From Macrostomum hystrix (Eukaryota; Animalia; Platyhelminthes): a DNA stretch of 64,000 nucleotides. Numbering within the stretch: position 1 is the stretch's first letter; each line of letters opens with the position of its first letter. Of this stretch, positions 1-29,928 are shown piece after piece. The position numbers and the translations under genes are program-made. The stretch lies in assembly GCA_950097015.1 (NCBI GenBank), contig CATNEN010000011.1, positions 806,001 to 870,000 of the forward strand. The letters run 5' to 3'. A model generated the notes under the pieces. The model was not told the DNA's origin. It made no database searches and worked only from the letters and a program-made list of their open reading frames with translations.

Positions 1-3000
1 ATCCGCTCATTGTCGACGCTCCGCCAGCGCCACCGCCGCTGTCTTTGACAATTTCGTCGCGAAAATCTTCCAAACTGCTTCTGGCCTGAGTTCGCATGTC
101 TTTAGCCAGGTCTTCAAGGCCTCCGCGCAGCGTTGGCGGAAGCGACGACAGCTCCTGGCCGAGGTGGCGCAGACGGTCTAGAACAGCGACAAGGCGAAGG
201 AGAGCCTCCGGATCCTGCTTGAACTCGCGGCGAACGCTGGCTTCGAAGGACTGAGGAATGGAAAGTGATGTATGAGGGCGAATGAGGTGGGGTGGAAGCT
301 GAGGAGTGAATGATGAGGTGGGGTGGAAGCTGCGGAGTGTGAGAGTGATAGGTTAAGAGTCCGTGGAAATTCTAAGCACGCTTACTAAGCGTAGATTTGC
401 AGCAATGATTCAACTCACGTGGACATCTTCAAACATGGTCTCTTTTGCTTTGCTGATAATCAGATCAGCCAATTGCTGAGGCCGGTTCAATTTAATACCG
501 AACATTGGCGCTACCATGGACTCCAGCTGTGGGAATTCGGATTTTTTAAAAATTACTGTTAAATGTCCATTTTAGCAAAATGCCAACTTAAGATCCTGGT
601 GCCAAGGAAAACTCACAATGGACATTCTAAGAAACGCTGTAAGCATAGCGTTAACATCGTCGGCGTCCAATTCTGATTGGTCAGCGGAGTCCGCGCCCAG
701 CGCCGGTTGCTGGGTTAGAGCGGTGGGCCGCGACTTCCTGCGTTTCATTGGGTCAGGGATTAGAAGAGTGAAATGGGATGGGGTATAAAGTGGGTCAGGG
801 ATGAGAAGAGTGAAATGGGATGGGGTATAAAGTGGGTCAGGGATGGGAAGAGTGAAATGGGATGGGGTATAAAGTGTGTCACGGATGAGAAGAGTGAAAT
901 GGAATGGGGTATAAAGTTGGTCAGGGATGGGAAGAGTGAAATGGGATGGGGTATAAAGTGGGTCAGGGATGGGAAGAGTGAAATGGGATGGGGTATAAAG
1001 TGGGTCAGGGATGAGAAGAGTGAAATGGGATGGGGTATAAAGTGGGTCAGGGATGGGAAGAGTGAAATGGGATGGGGTATAAAGTGGGTCAGGGATGAGA
1101 AGAGTGAAATGGGATGGGGTATAAAGTGGGTCAGGGATGGGAAGAGTGAAATGGGATGGGGTATAAAGTGGGTCAGGGATGAGAAGAGTGAAATGGGATG
1201 GGGTATAAAGTGGGTCAGGGATGGGAAGAGTGAAATGGAATGGGGCATAAAGTGGGTCAGGGATGGGAAGAGTGAAATGGAATGGGGTATAAAGTGGGTC
1301 AGGGATGAGAAGAGTGAAATGGGATGGGGTATAAAGTGGGTCAGGGATGGGAAGAGTGAAATGGGATGGGGTAAAAAGTGGGTCAGGGATGGGAAGAGTG
1401 AAATGGGATGTGGAACAATGTGGGTCATTGTATACAACTACCCAAACACAGCTATCTTTGTGTTGGAATTCTGCTAAGCATTTACTAATTTATAATCTTT
1501 TGTATCAGAAAGGACAAGTGTCAGTTTATCATTTAAAAAACGAAATCAAACTAACTCTATAGAAAAAACAATCAAATAAAAATCCAGACCATTTTACAAA
1601 AACATCCGTTCGCCTTGAATTTAGATTTTTTTCTTTAAAATAGCGAAACAACTAACAAAACAGAATCTTGCCACCTAAAAACCAAAAAACATTCGCAAAA
1701 CGCTACTTAAATTGACATTGATGAAGCACAAAAAATCATAATCGAGCAATATATATCTGTAAATATAAAAGTTTCCTAATCCCAAAATCGCTACTTGTTA
1801 CTTGTAGTAGAGCTACGAGCAAATAACATCTTTAGAGTAAAATTGTCTGTTTTTATTTTCATGGAATCTTTTATCTACGGCTACATCATCCAGTCACAAT
1901 GGCAGACTGCAGAAAATTGACCAGCGGACAATGATTTAGCAAATCGGTCGCAATCAATTGCTCTAAGCAACGAGTCTAAAAGATCGGTTCCTAACACCGA
2001 TTTATACTAGACAGCATTTTTTCTCATTACCGTCTGTCAAGAAAGATGATGGAATTCGATCTCGGCACAGATTTAGCAAACTCCTGCGAACTACTGCAAG
2101 TAGCATGACGTTGTAAAATATTTTTTATGGACCAAAAAGTAAAAAATATACACGTGTGGGGGTTGATAAAGCATTTTTTTAATAGGAAAAAATGAGAAAT
2201 TAACAGCATATTTTTACACTCGTACTCACATTTTCCGCTGCAGGGTTGCCGCCTTTGACGGGGTGTCCCTGGGACCGCCTCGGCGAGCCTGAAAAAAACA
2301 TTTGAACAATATGTCTGTGAATTTGCGACTAACCTGAGAATCTACAAACCCTGAAGCGACTGACCTGACAATCTACAAACCCTGAAGCGACCTGACAATC
2401 TACAAACTCTGAAGCGACTGAACTGTAATTCTACATGCCCTGAAGCGACTGAACTGGATTTCTACATGCCCTGAAGCGACTGAACTGGATTTCTACATGC
2501 CCTGAAGCGACTGAACTGGATTTCTACATGCCCTGAAGCGACTGAACTGGATTTCTACATGCCCTGAAGCGACTGAACTGGATTTCTACATGCCCTGAAG
2601 CGACTGAACTGGATTTCTACATGCCCTGAAGCGACTGAACTGAGAATAAAAAATAAGGAAGCGACTAAACAGAGAATGAAAATTAAAACCTGAAGTAAAA
2701 GTTTTAAGAACAATCTACATGTTCTAGTCAAAGAGAGTATGATTACAAGCAGCTTACCAATGATGGCGATGCACCAAATGCTGTGTTCGCTGTTCCGATA
2801 AGCGAGTCGCGAAATCTAAAGACAAATTGTGGTAACACTCTCAGGCAACTTATCTCTGTTCGTCCCTAATCCCTCCTCAAGATTACAAATTACTCCTCAA
2901 CACCCTGATCTCACCTTGACACCCCTAAACCCGAATCCCTACATTAGTTTAATCCCATTACTCATTATGCTCAAAGTAAAACTCGCCAGCATAGCAACGC

Positions 3001-5243
3001 ATCTCAGAGTGCGAACTCACTTCTTTAAGGCATTGCACATGGACAAAGAGCGCACTTCAATGTACACCTGAACATAGTCAGCGGACTTGCCCTGACTGTC
3101 CAGCCAATCGGTGATTAGCCGCAATTCCTGCAGCTGGCTGTCGTTGAACTTCGGTAGAAACTCTGCCAACAAATAAACATAGATTCATTAATCATTAATG
3201 TTAGTAATGAATCATAACTGTCAAATATAATGTTTCTAACCCTTCAGATCGACAGCGTGTAGGCCGGCTAAAGTCAGGCATTTCTCAGGCGGCAGACGCT
3301 CTGACTGGGTCATGGAGGTGAGCTGCTCTTTGAATTTATCGCGCAGACCTTTAGAGCCCTCAGTGATTATATATTGCTGCAATGTTAATAGTCACAGGTT
3401 TTAACAATAGCAAAATTCTCTAAAAATATAATTTAATTATCACAAAATAACTCACGAAACTTACAAGATTCTCAGCATTCTTCTCCTGCGGTAGGTAGGA
3501 GGCAAAAAAGTCCAGGGACTCTTTGGCTTTGGCTAGAGATGACACATAGTCTTCTACATTGATTATTCTAAAGGAAAAACAGATAATGTTGTAAAGAACT
3601 TGTTTAAAAATCTTGTCTACATTTATTTGTTGCCACTTAGAAACAAAAAATTTTTCTGGATTCCAAGAAATCAAACAATAAAGATAAAACTTACTTTGAT
3701 GGTTTGAGCTCCTGAATGTACTTGTCTGTTGTAACTTGATAAGAGCTTGTCTGTTTTAGAAACAGTCTACAAGATTCATAGCCTAAAAAGTTCATATTGG
3801 TTAAAATGTTTTTGCAAATCAATGAACAAACTCATGAAAAACCTACTAGGCAAGAACAGCTTTAGCTAAAGAAATCACCTTAAAAATGTATTATTTTACA
3901 ATGCGCACATGAAATTTAGAAATTATAGTTATAATCTTACACTTCCACTTAACTCCCCCACTGCTAACAAGTAAAATAAGTTTCAATGGTAAGCATCATA
4001 GGTATGTAAAACCAAACCTATTTAAACTATTAGTGAGTTAAAATAATATTAAAACACATTTTAAATGAGATAAATTGAAATTATAGTAGGTAAAAAAAGA
4101 AAGACAATAATTAAATAGTACGAAAAATATTTCTTTTAATTTTCTATTTTTTATATACAAAGTTTATAGAGCCCTCAAAATCCTCATTAAAATATATTTT
4201 AATATTTATAAGCCTTAGTAATAATATTTAAAAAGCTAACAATAAGTTAAAATAAAACAAATTTAAAAATACTCTTTCTTAAAATAGAACCTTAAAAAAC
4301 CCTAAAAAAATAAGATGCCAAAATAAAATGGTACACAAACAATATTTTTTTGAAAATACTGACCTGGTCAACGTTTTTATACCTTAAAAAATAAACTAGA
4401 TAGCTATTGAAATACATAATAGCATAGCTAATATGCTAATTTATTATGCCCAATTATTGATTTAAAGGGTGTACCTAAAGTCAGAATATTTGTTCTGGCT
4501 AATCAATATTTAGTTCAATTGTAACATGTTTTTTAGTAAATAATAAATTTCCTTAAAAAGTCAACAGTTTCAAAAAAGAGTGACCTAAAATTTTGTATGA
4601 AGGTCAGCCCTAATTCTAACTTCCAATGTTACATTTCGAAAATAATATGGTTGCTGTAAGATTAGGTCTATATTGTCTAATGAGCCATGCAACCAAACAG
4701 GCTGAGATCTTGGAAGCACATTACAATTGAAGGATCTATTGATGAGTTAGACTATCAGGAGACTGTGGGTGTGGGACACCCCATAAATACAATAGCAAAA
4801 ACATGATTAATTAGATATAAGTATTTGCTTAGACTCTATATGGTCATATGGAAAATAAGCTAGGAAGTGAGACATTGGTAATAATAATATATAAAATGTA
4901 GGGCCTACCATTATTTGTTTTTAAGTCAACTATAAATGGAATAGTCAGAGTCAACACCATCAATAAAATCAAGTCTAACAAGCAAGCACAGAAATAATAA
5001 CATACATGACATAAAAACGAATACAATCATCACCTTACCTTTTCTTCTGGCACGGAGGATTTCCATTTGTTCATTGATGGGCGACATTTTTTGCTGAAGC
5101 ACATTAGCTGTTTCAATTACAATATGTAGCTTGTCTTCTGTTTCTTTAGTAAGAGCTTCGAACCTAGAAGAAATGTCATTTAACTGTTGAAGCCTATCTG
5201 AGAGAACATGAAGATAATCTTGCCGAAAGCTAAACTGGTCCAT
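1..5243 (-). CDS. EXOC7: Exocyst complex component 7 (Exo70), multi-exon, 3' part beyond the window edge
   Basis: Phase-consistent GT-AG exons (- strand): 5243-5039, 3782-3695, 3567-3465, 3376-3241, 3162-3021, 2815-2758, 2288-2230, 2093-2031 (possible cassette), 737-617, 526-419, 250-<1. Peptides VEDYVSSLAKAKESLDFFASYLP, LRLITDWLDSQGKSADYVQVYIEVRS, RDTPSK and ARSSLEDFRDEIVKD match my recollection of Exo70 segments in order. The protein is divergent and was identified from memory. Confidence 0.8.
745..1410. repeat. 42-bp minisatellite (about 15 copies) in an Exo70 intron
   Basis: Unit GGGATGAGAAGAGTGAAATGGGATGGGGTATAAAGTGGGTCA; the 14-aa periodicity of ORFs 760..1437 and 773..1477 confirms the period. 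Confidence 0.97.
2330..2645. repeat. 31-bp minisatellite in an Exo70 intron
   Basis: Unit CTGAAGCGACTGAACTGGATTTCTACATGCC; TCTACATGCC recurs at 2461 and 2492. The left copies are degenerate. Confidence 0.95.
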
Positions 5244-6052
5244 TATGGATTAAAAAACTCAAAGGAGCCTCAATTTAAGTATCAAGCGTTTGCAATGTAT
5301 ATTTAATCGTACAATATTTTATGTTCACAGAATATTTATGTAACTATCTAAAACGCAACCATGCAGTGTTGTTGAATTCTGCAAAGTGGTGAGGTTTCCC
5401 GGAAACACCAGATTTTAAAATTGTTCAAAAAAACATGGGACTAAAAAAACAAAGTCCCAGAAAACAATTGAGACCCGTGTGTAAAAGCAAGTACACACAG
5501 ACATCGAGGGAAAAAAACAAGTTATTTTGTTTAAAACTTTTAAAAGTGATATTTTTTCAAGAATGTTCTAAAAACATGTAGTAAAAATTTACGGCACACT
5601 TTTATCCCAATTTGCGTTTGTAAATCTTAAATTAAAAAAAGAGCAGGCTTTTTACGAAAAGTTGTAAACAGTACTTGAAAAATTATCTAACATGAAGATC
5701 TAAAATTAACATGACTTTCCGCCACCATCTGACAAAGCGTTTTAAAGTTTGCAAATAGGCTCTTTGGGCTGGACGGGTACAAAAAGAAAAAACAAATACT
5801 CGGTCGCAAAAAAATACATTATTATAACAAGCAATTGATATATAATTATTTGCATATAAATTTATTTTAAACCAAAAAAACTTAATATATAACAACATTT
5901 TCAAAAGCTTTACTACATTTGTTTAATTTACATGTTTTGGGGCAATATTCCTTACTTGACAGCATAGCTTTTCTGAACTACAAAGTAGAAGACTAAAGTT
6001 AATTATTCTCTTTTATTTTACTAAAGAAAACAATCAACTAGCAAAGACAAAA
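5244..6052. promoter_or_regulatory. Short divergent intergenic region, candidate bidirectional promoter (Exo70 / CaMKII)
   Basis: The head-to-head ATGs at 5243 (-) and 6053 (+) are 809 bp apart. No promoter motif was identified. Confidence 0.45.
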
Positions 6053-23567
<17,515 letters not shown>

Positions 23568-26557
23568 TAGAATTGCATTATTTGTTCTTATCGGCACGCA
23601 AAAAACTCGTATTTTTTTTCTAGTGATTTTGAAATATTCACTTAAAACGGTCAATAAACTATCTCGTAAGTTATTAGCCTGACACACTAAATTTGACCAA
23701 TATATAATTTTAGCCACATATGTGTGTCAAACATGATCGACACATTGGTACCACCAATGTAGTGGTACCAATATATAAATCCTTGTCTATAAAAATGGCA
23801 TGTCTTTAACAGGTTGAGAATCATAACATCTTGCTACGGATATTAAAACCTTTCATAATATTTTAAATACTATAATTTAAAGTACACAATCCACGATACA
23901 TAATAAGAATCATGCTTCTTATCCTTTAATGTTAAACACTGATTAAACTTTATTAGTTATCATATTTCTGAATGTTTGAAATATAATTATAAACACTCGT
24001 CTATATCTCTAACGTAAATATATTTCACACTATTCTGTGTTGTAATAATTGGTTTCCTTAGCAATTATTATATTTTTTGTGCTTTGAAGTTCAATATTTT
24101 TAATGTCAAACCGTTATGTAACTTCTTTAAATTAATTTGTTTTTTAATGCTTATAAAATTGTTTATCCCAGGATTAACGTGAAAACTGTAATTCTTAAAG
24201 TGGCTTGAGGTTTAAATATGCTCGTAAATATTAACCAGTGAAGGAAATGTATATTTTAAATCTATTGCAGCAGTCCAGTTAAAAGCTTTGTTTTTAATTC
24301 ATCAGTCTCTTGTAAATGCAAGTAAAATACTTGTAATGCTTGTAAAATACGACAATATTATCTGTCGTAAAATAATTTATATTTAATTGTTGTACCGGCA
24401 TCTTATATTGCTTGTATTTTATATCCTTAAAGCTTGTAAGTTTATTTGGTATTAAGTGGTTTTAAATGCTTATTTCTTCTTGGATTGGATCTTTTTAGTC
24501 CATTGTTTTTTGCGCTCTAATTTCCTTGATTAGATTAAAGAATTATCAAATGAACAATTATTTTCCTTCGAAAAGCATCTGCCCTAAAAATTGTCGAACA
24601 TGAGGAAAACCTAAAAGAATGAACCGTATCTATAGTGTTGTGAGGTATCGGTTATTTTAACATTCGAAATCTAGTATACTTATATCCCAGCGTCCAGAAG
24701 TGGAAAATATTGTGTCAAGTGCGCTTCACTAGCTATAGCTTTTAATGGCTAACAGCATTAGCTGGGAGCAGATGAGAGTCGGTGTGGCGCCTCCTTAAGT
24801 CCATGGACTAAATAGCCATTTACAGCATATATTTGAGTCGCGCAATAGACTTGCGAGAGTGCCGCGCAGTCTGCTGATCAACTAGTCCTCTCGAGGACCA
24901 TTTCATTGTTAGACCCTGGACCAGGCTCAAAATTGTCCTGTAGATCATTTTTGACACTTGATCCGATTGGGGGGGGGTTATGTGCATATGTTTCTACCTT
25001 GTTACAAAATAGCATAGGTGTTAGGGACTCGTGAAAACATTTATTCGAAATGCATGCATCGCAGTCATTCCTTTCCCTATTTTGACTTGCCCTTTATTAA
25101 TTTTGACATTTTCGTTACAGGTGTTAGTTTCACTTGTCATGCTTATTGTTTGCCAAATGTCCTATGCTCGGAGAGTGAGAAGAAAATTATGTTAGTTTCA
25201 AACGCTAATTGCTTCGACTTTACATACGTCTGTTGTGTGAGCAGAGCGGCTTTTGTGAAAAAAAACTATTTTTTTAATAACTTTTAAACTGCCGTTGCAG
25301 TTGTTTCACGGTAGTATCAAACTCTCTTGTCTTTATCTAGGTTTTTTAGCTTTCATTAACTGAATCAAATTCAATTAATCAAAAGACAAGTGAAAAGAAT
25401 ATTTTTATCTTCACAACTACTAGCTCGTGATTAGCTTTCAGATTTTTTCAGTTTAGCTTGAAAAAGCTAACATAAATTCATCAACTTTAACTTCAACCGA
25501 AAATGCAAATGTTATACTTGATTACTTTTGCTATATAAAAGCAAAGAAGTTGTAACGGTTTACGTTTTGTCTCTATCAGATTATTGCGCTTAGGCTCAGT
25601 TTAGCTCTGTTAGCTGTGGTTTTCGTCAGCTACGTGTTTTTTAAAGTATTGCTTGTTTATTTTATAACTCAAATCTTTGTTTTCGTGTTGTATTTTCATG
25701 TCTTTAGAATTATTATGTTAGTTGTTAGTCTCTGCATCAGTTTGTCCTTTTCACTATGTCGTTATATTACATGCGAAGTTGTTGCAAAATATTTATAATG
25801 TTGTATGCTACATGACCAAGGTAAAGTCTGTTTACAATAATTATTTATCTACTTCACTCTTTCTTGTTGTCCTGAAAAGTCTAAATATTTTATTTGCAGG
25901 TAAATAAAGTTTCTTTATATTCCATCGATTAGCAATTTTGGCTCTTTATATCGAAATATATTTCATTCTAGCTAAAGTAATAAAAACGAAGTAAAGTTAA
26001 TAAATCACATAGATGTGCTTCAGAAACAAAACTAACATCTTACACGAGCTCATTAGAGCGCTGTTAACATTGCTTGCATTTTTCGCGAATTTATTTTCCA
26101 CTTTTCAAGTGGTTAAAAATAAGGTTCTTATTGCTAATGCTAATATCTGCAACCAAATGAAGAAACGAAAACACAATTGTTTACGCCTCCATATTTTTTT
26201 ATTTTCTGAACCAAAGCATTTTGTAGACTACAGGTAAATATGACGCTTTGAAAGTTTCGCTACAGATTAGACGAAAATATGGGCAAAAAACTATGTAATC
26301 CCATCGAAGTCAGTCGAAAATTAAGCTGTTGTAAAAGCAGTGTTTTTTTAGATCTAAATTACGCTCTTACTTTAAAGATTATTACATTACATTTATGGTT
26401 TTTGGCACAAATGGCACAAACAAATCAAGAATATTTCGTATTATGAAGTACTGTCAACTATACTGTCAAGAGTGAAAGAAAGAATGAAGAAATAAAGCAT
26501 ATTTTTGTATTAAATGACTATTGGTTTGTTACGATATGCATTATTCCTATTCATTGT

Positions 26558-27120
26558 CAAGGACCACTGTTGTATAACAGGACGGGAAACTCAAAGATCG
26601 TGTAAATTTTTAGAAGGCCGATTTCCTGGAAAAAATACACTGCGGAGATAGGAAAAAGTCATTTTTCAGCACATAATCAACTATTGCTTTTGATCTGGAG
26701 CAAGTACAAATCCGTTTATCTTAGTACAGCATGCCCAACATTAAGCTCCATTGTTTTTATATAGCTTTGTTTATAAAAGTCTTATTTTTACGTATATATA
26801 TATTATATAATAGTGTCGTGAATCTATATAGACTATAGACTAGCACATTTAATGGCTCACAATATGATAGCTAAATATTCTTAATTTGGCCTAAGTTGTT
26901 TGAATTAACAAACTAGCTAAATATTTTGGCAAAAATAACAGCCAAAAAATTAAATTACTACAAGTTCTACAACAGTAGCAACTATATAGCTATAAAGGTA
27001 CAACAAATTTCAAAATGATTTTTTAAAATGCAACCACGTAAGTTAATAATTTTTTTTTAAAAATTTAAAAATTTACACGATCTTTGAGTTTCCCGTCCTG
27101 TTATACTACAGTGGTCCTTG
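26558..27120. mobile_element. MITE (563 bp) with about 55-bp TIRs and 8-bp TSD (hAT- or P-like)
   Basis: TIR CAAGGACCACTGT(T/A)GTATAACAGGACGGGAAACTCAAAGATCGTGTAAATTTTTA at both ends; TTCATTGT duplicated at 26550-26557 and 27121-27128. Confidence 0.93.
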
Positions 27121-27689
27121 TTCATTGTTAGCTTCAAGTACAAACAGTTAGCTGCTAGTTATCGATATGTTCATTATTGAAATCGCCTCCTCATATTTTC
27201 GAGGTTAATCTTAACAATTCGGTATTTCAAAACATATGGTTAGTTCATTTAATATTTATCAGTGCAGGGTTTGTCTCATATCGAACAAAGTGCAAAATTA
27301 TATGAAAAATTTGTGTTTTTCAAATTCTATTGACAATTGTTAAGTTTTTGTTTTGTTTTTGTATGCAGAAATGGCCCAATTATAATTGATTGCACTGCAC
27401 GACACACAGGCTGTAGTATGTATCGTTTATATATCTTTACGCATGACGTGTTTCTTACATTTTATGCATTTATTTATTTATTTTGCGTTAGCTTGTGTTT
27501 TTGGAGATTAGCACAAATATTGCATTTTTAATAATAGAAAGTTGTAATGTGTTTTGGACCACAGTGCTCGCTATACGAGTAGCATACCGCTATCATATTT
27601 GGGTAAATTGACACATACTTCAAGTACATTTTCTATACTTAGAAAAAAGAAACAATAGTAAATTAGCAGCAGCATAAAGAGTTCTGCTT

Positions 27690-28420
27690 ATTAAAGTTAC
27701 CATGGCTGAAATTCCTTTCTCTTATTATGTATAACCTCAACAAGTGCTCCCTCCTTCTTCCTTGGTTGGCAGCCTGGCTGGGTCGCTCAGTCTGGTACTC
27801 TCGCCCCGGGCTGCCTTCCCCTGCTGCACTGTGATTAGCCAGTGGGTGCATGAAGGGTTTGGGGTTGGGTGGGGGCGGTGGGCTGTGGCTTTGGGGCGCC
27901 CCTGGGCCAGGATGAGTCGTGGCACTATAAGAGCCGCGACTCTGGTGGCTGGGGGGCCGTCCTCCGCCTCCTCCGCTTCACTCTCTCTCGACTCTGGTCA
28001 ACTGGGACCTGCCATTGAAGCCAAATTGTCTCCAAGTCTAAGTCGCTGCCTTGTCTTGCTTAATTCGGTAAATTGCCATAGCGGGGGGCCAGATAGTCCC
28101 TGTGTCCTGTCGCCGATAAGTGGGGAGCTAGACAAGGGAACAGATATAGGGTTACTCCGTACTGTACACAGGCGGTACTCCTACGCCAGCCTGTGCGTCC
28201 TGACTTCAGCGTCAGCGTCAACGCGGAGGTCAGTCGCGGAGATGCGTCCTGACGCCTAATTTGGGACCAATGTGAGCTCTGGCGTACTGACGCTGACCAG
28301 CAGAGGGACCCGCATACTAGTAAACGATACCGTATATCTGTATATCTGTATATCTGTATATCTGTATATCCGATAGGTACACCTCACCCGGGGATCGCCA
28401 TATTGATAGATTTTTGTATC
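27690..28420. mobile_element. GC-rich island, possibly a degraded retroelement fragment, with an adjacent (TATCTG)n microsatellite
   Basis: Abrupt GC-rich block in AT-rich flanks; no recognisable protein motif in any frame; (TATCTG) run at about 28333-28368. Confidence 0.3.
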
Positions 28421-29928
28421 TGATTGATTGAGCATGTTACATTGCAGCCTTTTACATGGGGTCAAAGTATGCACAAAATATCTCGCCAAAAATTTACAAA
28501 AAATAAATGGAGCTTTATGCAATCAGATAGCAATAGCAATCAGTGATTAGTTTGTTGACTCTGCTGCCGTCTGTTTTGGTGATGGTGATGCCGGTTCTTC
28601 ATTAGTTCAAGCGTTGAACTCTTCCTATTTGCTGCGCGTCCGTGCGTTTCGACCATCTGGTAAAACTGGACCTTATTCTAAAATGAATAATGAGAAAAAG
28701 TAGTTGCATAAAGGTAAAAAGCTTTTAATTATAAAACAATTAATGGAAGAGTGATCTGTGACGAACAAGAAGTCATTACAATACAATTAAAATGGTTTAA
28801 GCAACGCGCAGAGAAAATTTATTTCCACACAAAATAAAGTTTCGATCAGCTTTTAATAACTGCCCATGTTAATCAAGTTCTATTTTTAATTGAATGGATT
28901 TTTATCGTAACTGCAGTGAAAAGTGATATGAAATAATTGGTTCAGCGCGCATTATATACCCTCCACGACTTCTCGCTAGCTCCTAAAATAAGTATTCAAG
29001 TTTTTTTTGTAATTACTTGTACTTTTTGTGAGCCGAGGGTTAGGGTCTTTAAATTCATTGACTAATTGCTAATTTAGCAGACGAAAAAACCTTAAACCTT
29101 AATACTTAATAAGGAATGCACTTATATGTCAGGGATGATTTCGAACGAGAGTAAACTTACCCGAAGATATTAGTATAGTTTCCTTTATACCTCATATTAT
29201 TATAATCAAAACGTGTCTACAAAAGAAGCTCATATAATCAGCTCGCCTTTTAGCTAAAATATAAAATTTAAGACTTTCCTTCGATCTTTTTCACAAAAAA
29301 ATTCTTACTTTTAGTTAAGGCACCCTTTTTGGATCATCAACAAATTGTTATTAGTTTTTGTCTTGCAGTCAGTAAGCTTTTTTATTTAAACACTTTTCTT
29401 ACCTAAAGGGCGACGTTGCTAAATTGAATCCAGATTTCTTTTTTTAATTGAAGACTCGTGAAAGTAACTATTCTTCGATCCTGACCTGGCTCTATACCTG
29501 ACGTATAAAGTATCAATAAAATTTACGATCTAACACTTTGTTTTCTCTTGTTTGCCTTTGCTTACTGAATTAAAGGAAAACATTATGATGCTACTTATAA
29601 GCAGTTAAGGAAAGGCAATTATTTAGGAATCACTAGACATCAAATTATATTTCATGACTAAAGCTTTTGCGCATTTCGCAACCGCCAGGATCGATTATTA
29701 AAACGGTAAGACATTAGAAATTAGACACCGATACGAACACAATATGCGAGTATGTTTATTTATTAACGATAAAGTCACATTAAAAGCGAAAATAAGACTG
29801 ATACAATAGGCAACAGAATATTTCAAAAAATAGTATAACATCATGTTTCGCACAAAATCCTACCCAGACTTGATGGTCCTTCATTAGTTGAATTTTTGGT
29901 ATTAGACTACAAATCTTGATTTTCTAAT

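Noticed and set aside
760-1477. 225-aa and 234-aa ORFs on both strands
   Set aside because: They are translations of a 42-bp intronic minisatellite whose unit lacks stops in those frames.
27950-27985. CCTCCGCCTCCTCCG resembling an HDV core
   Set aside because: Low-complexity sequence with no P1 partner, P4 or J4/2 in register.
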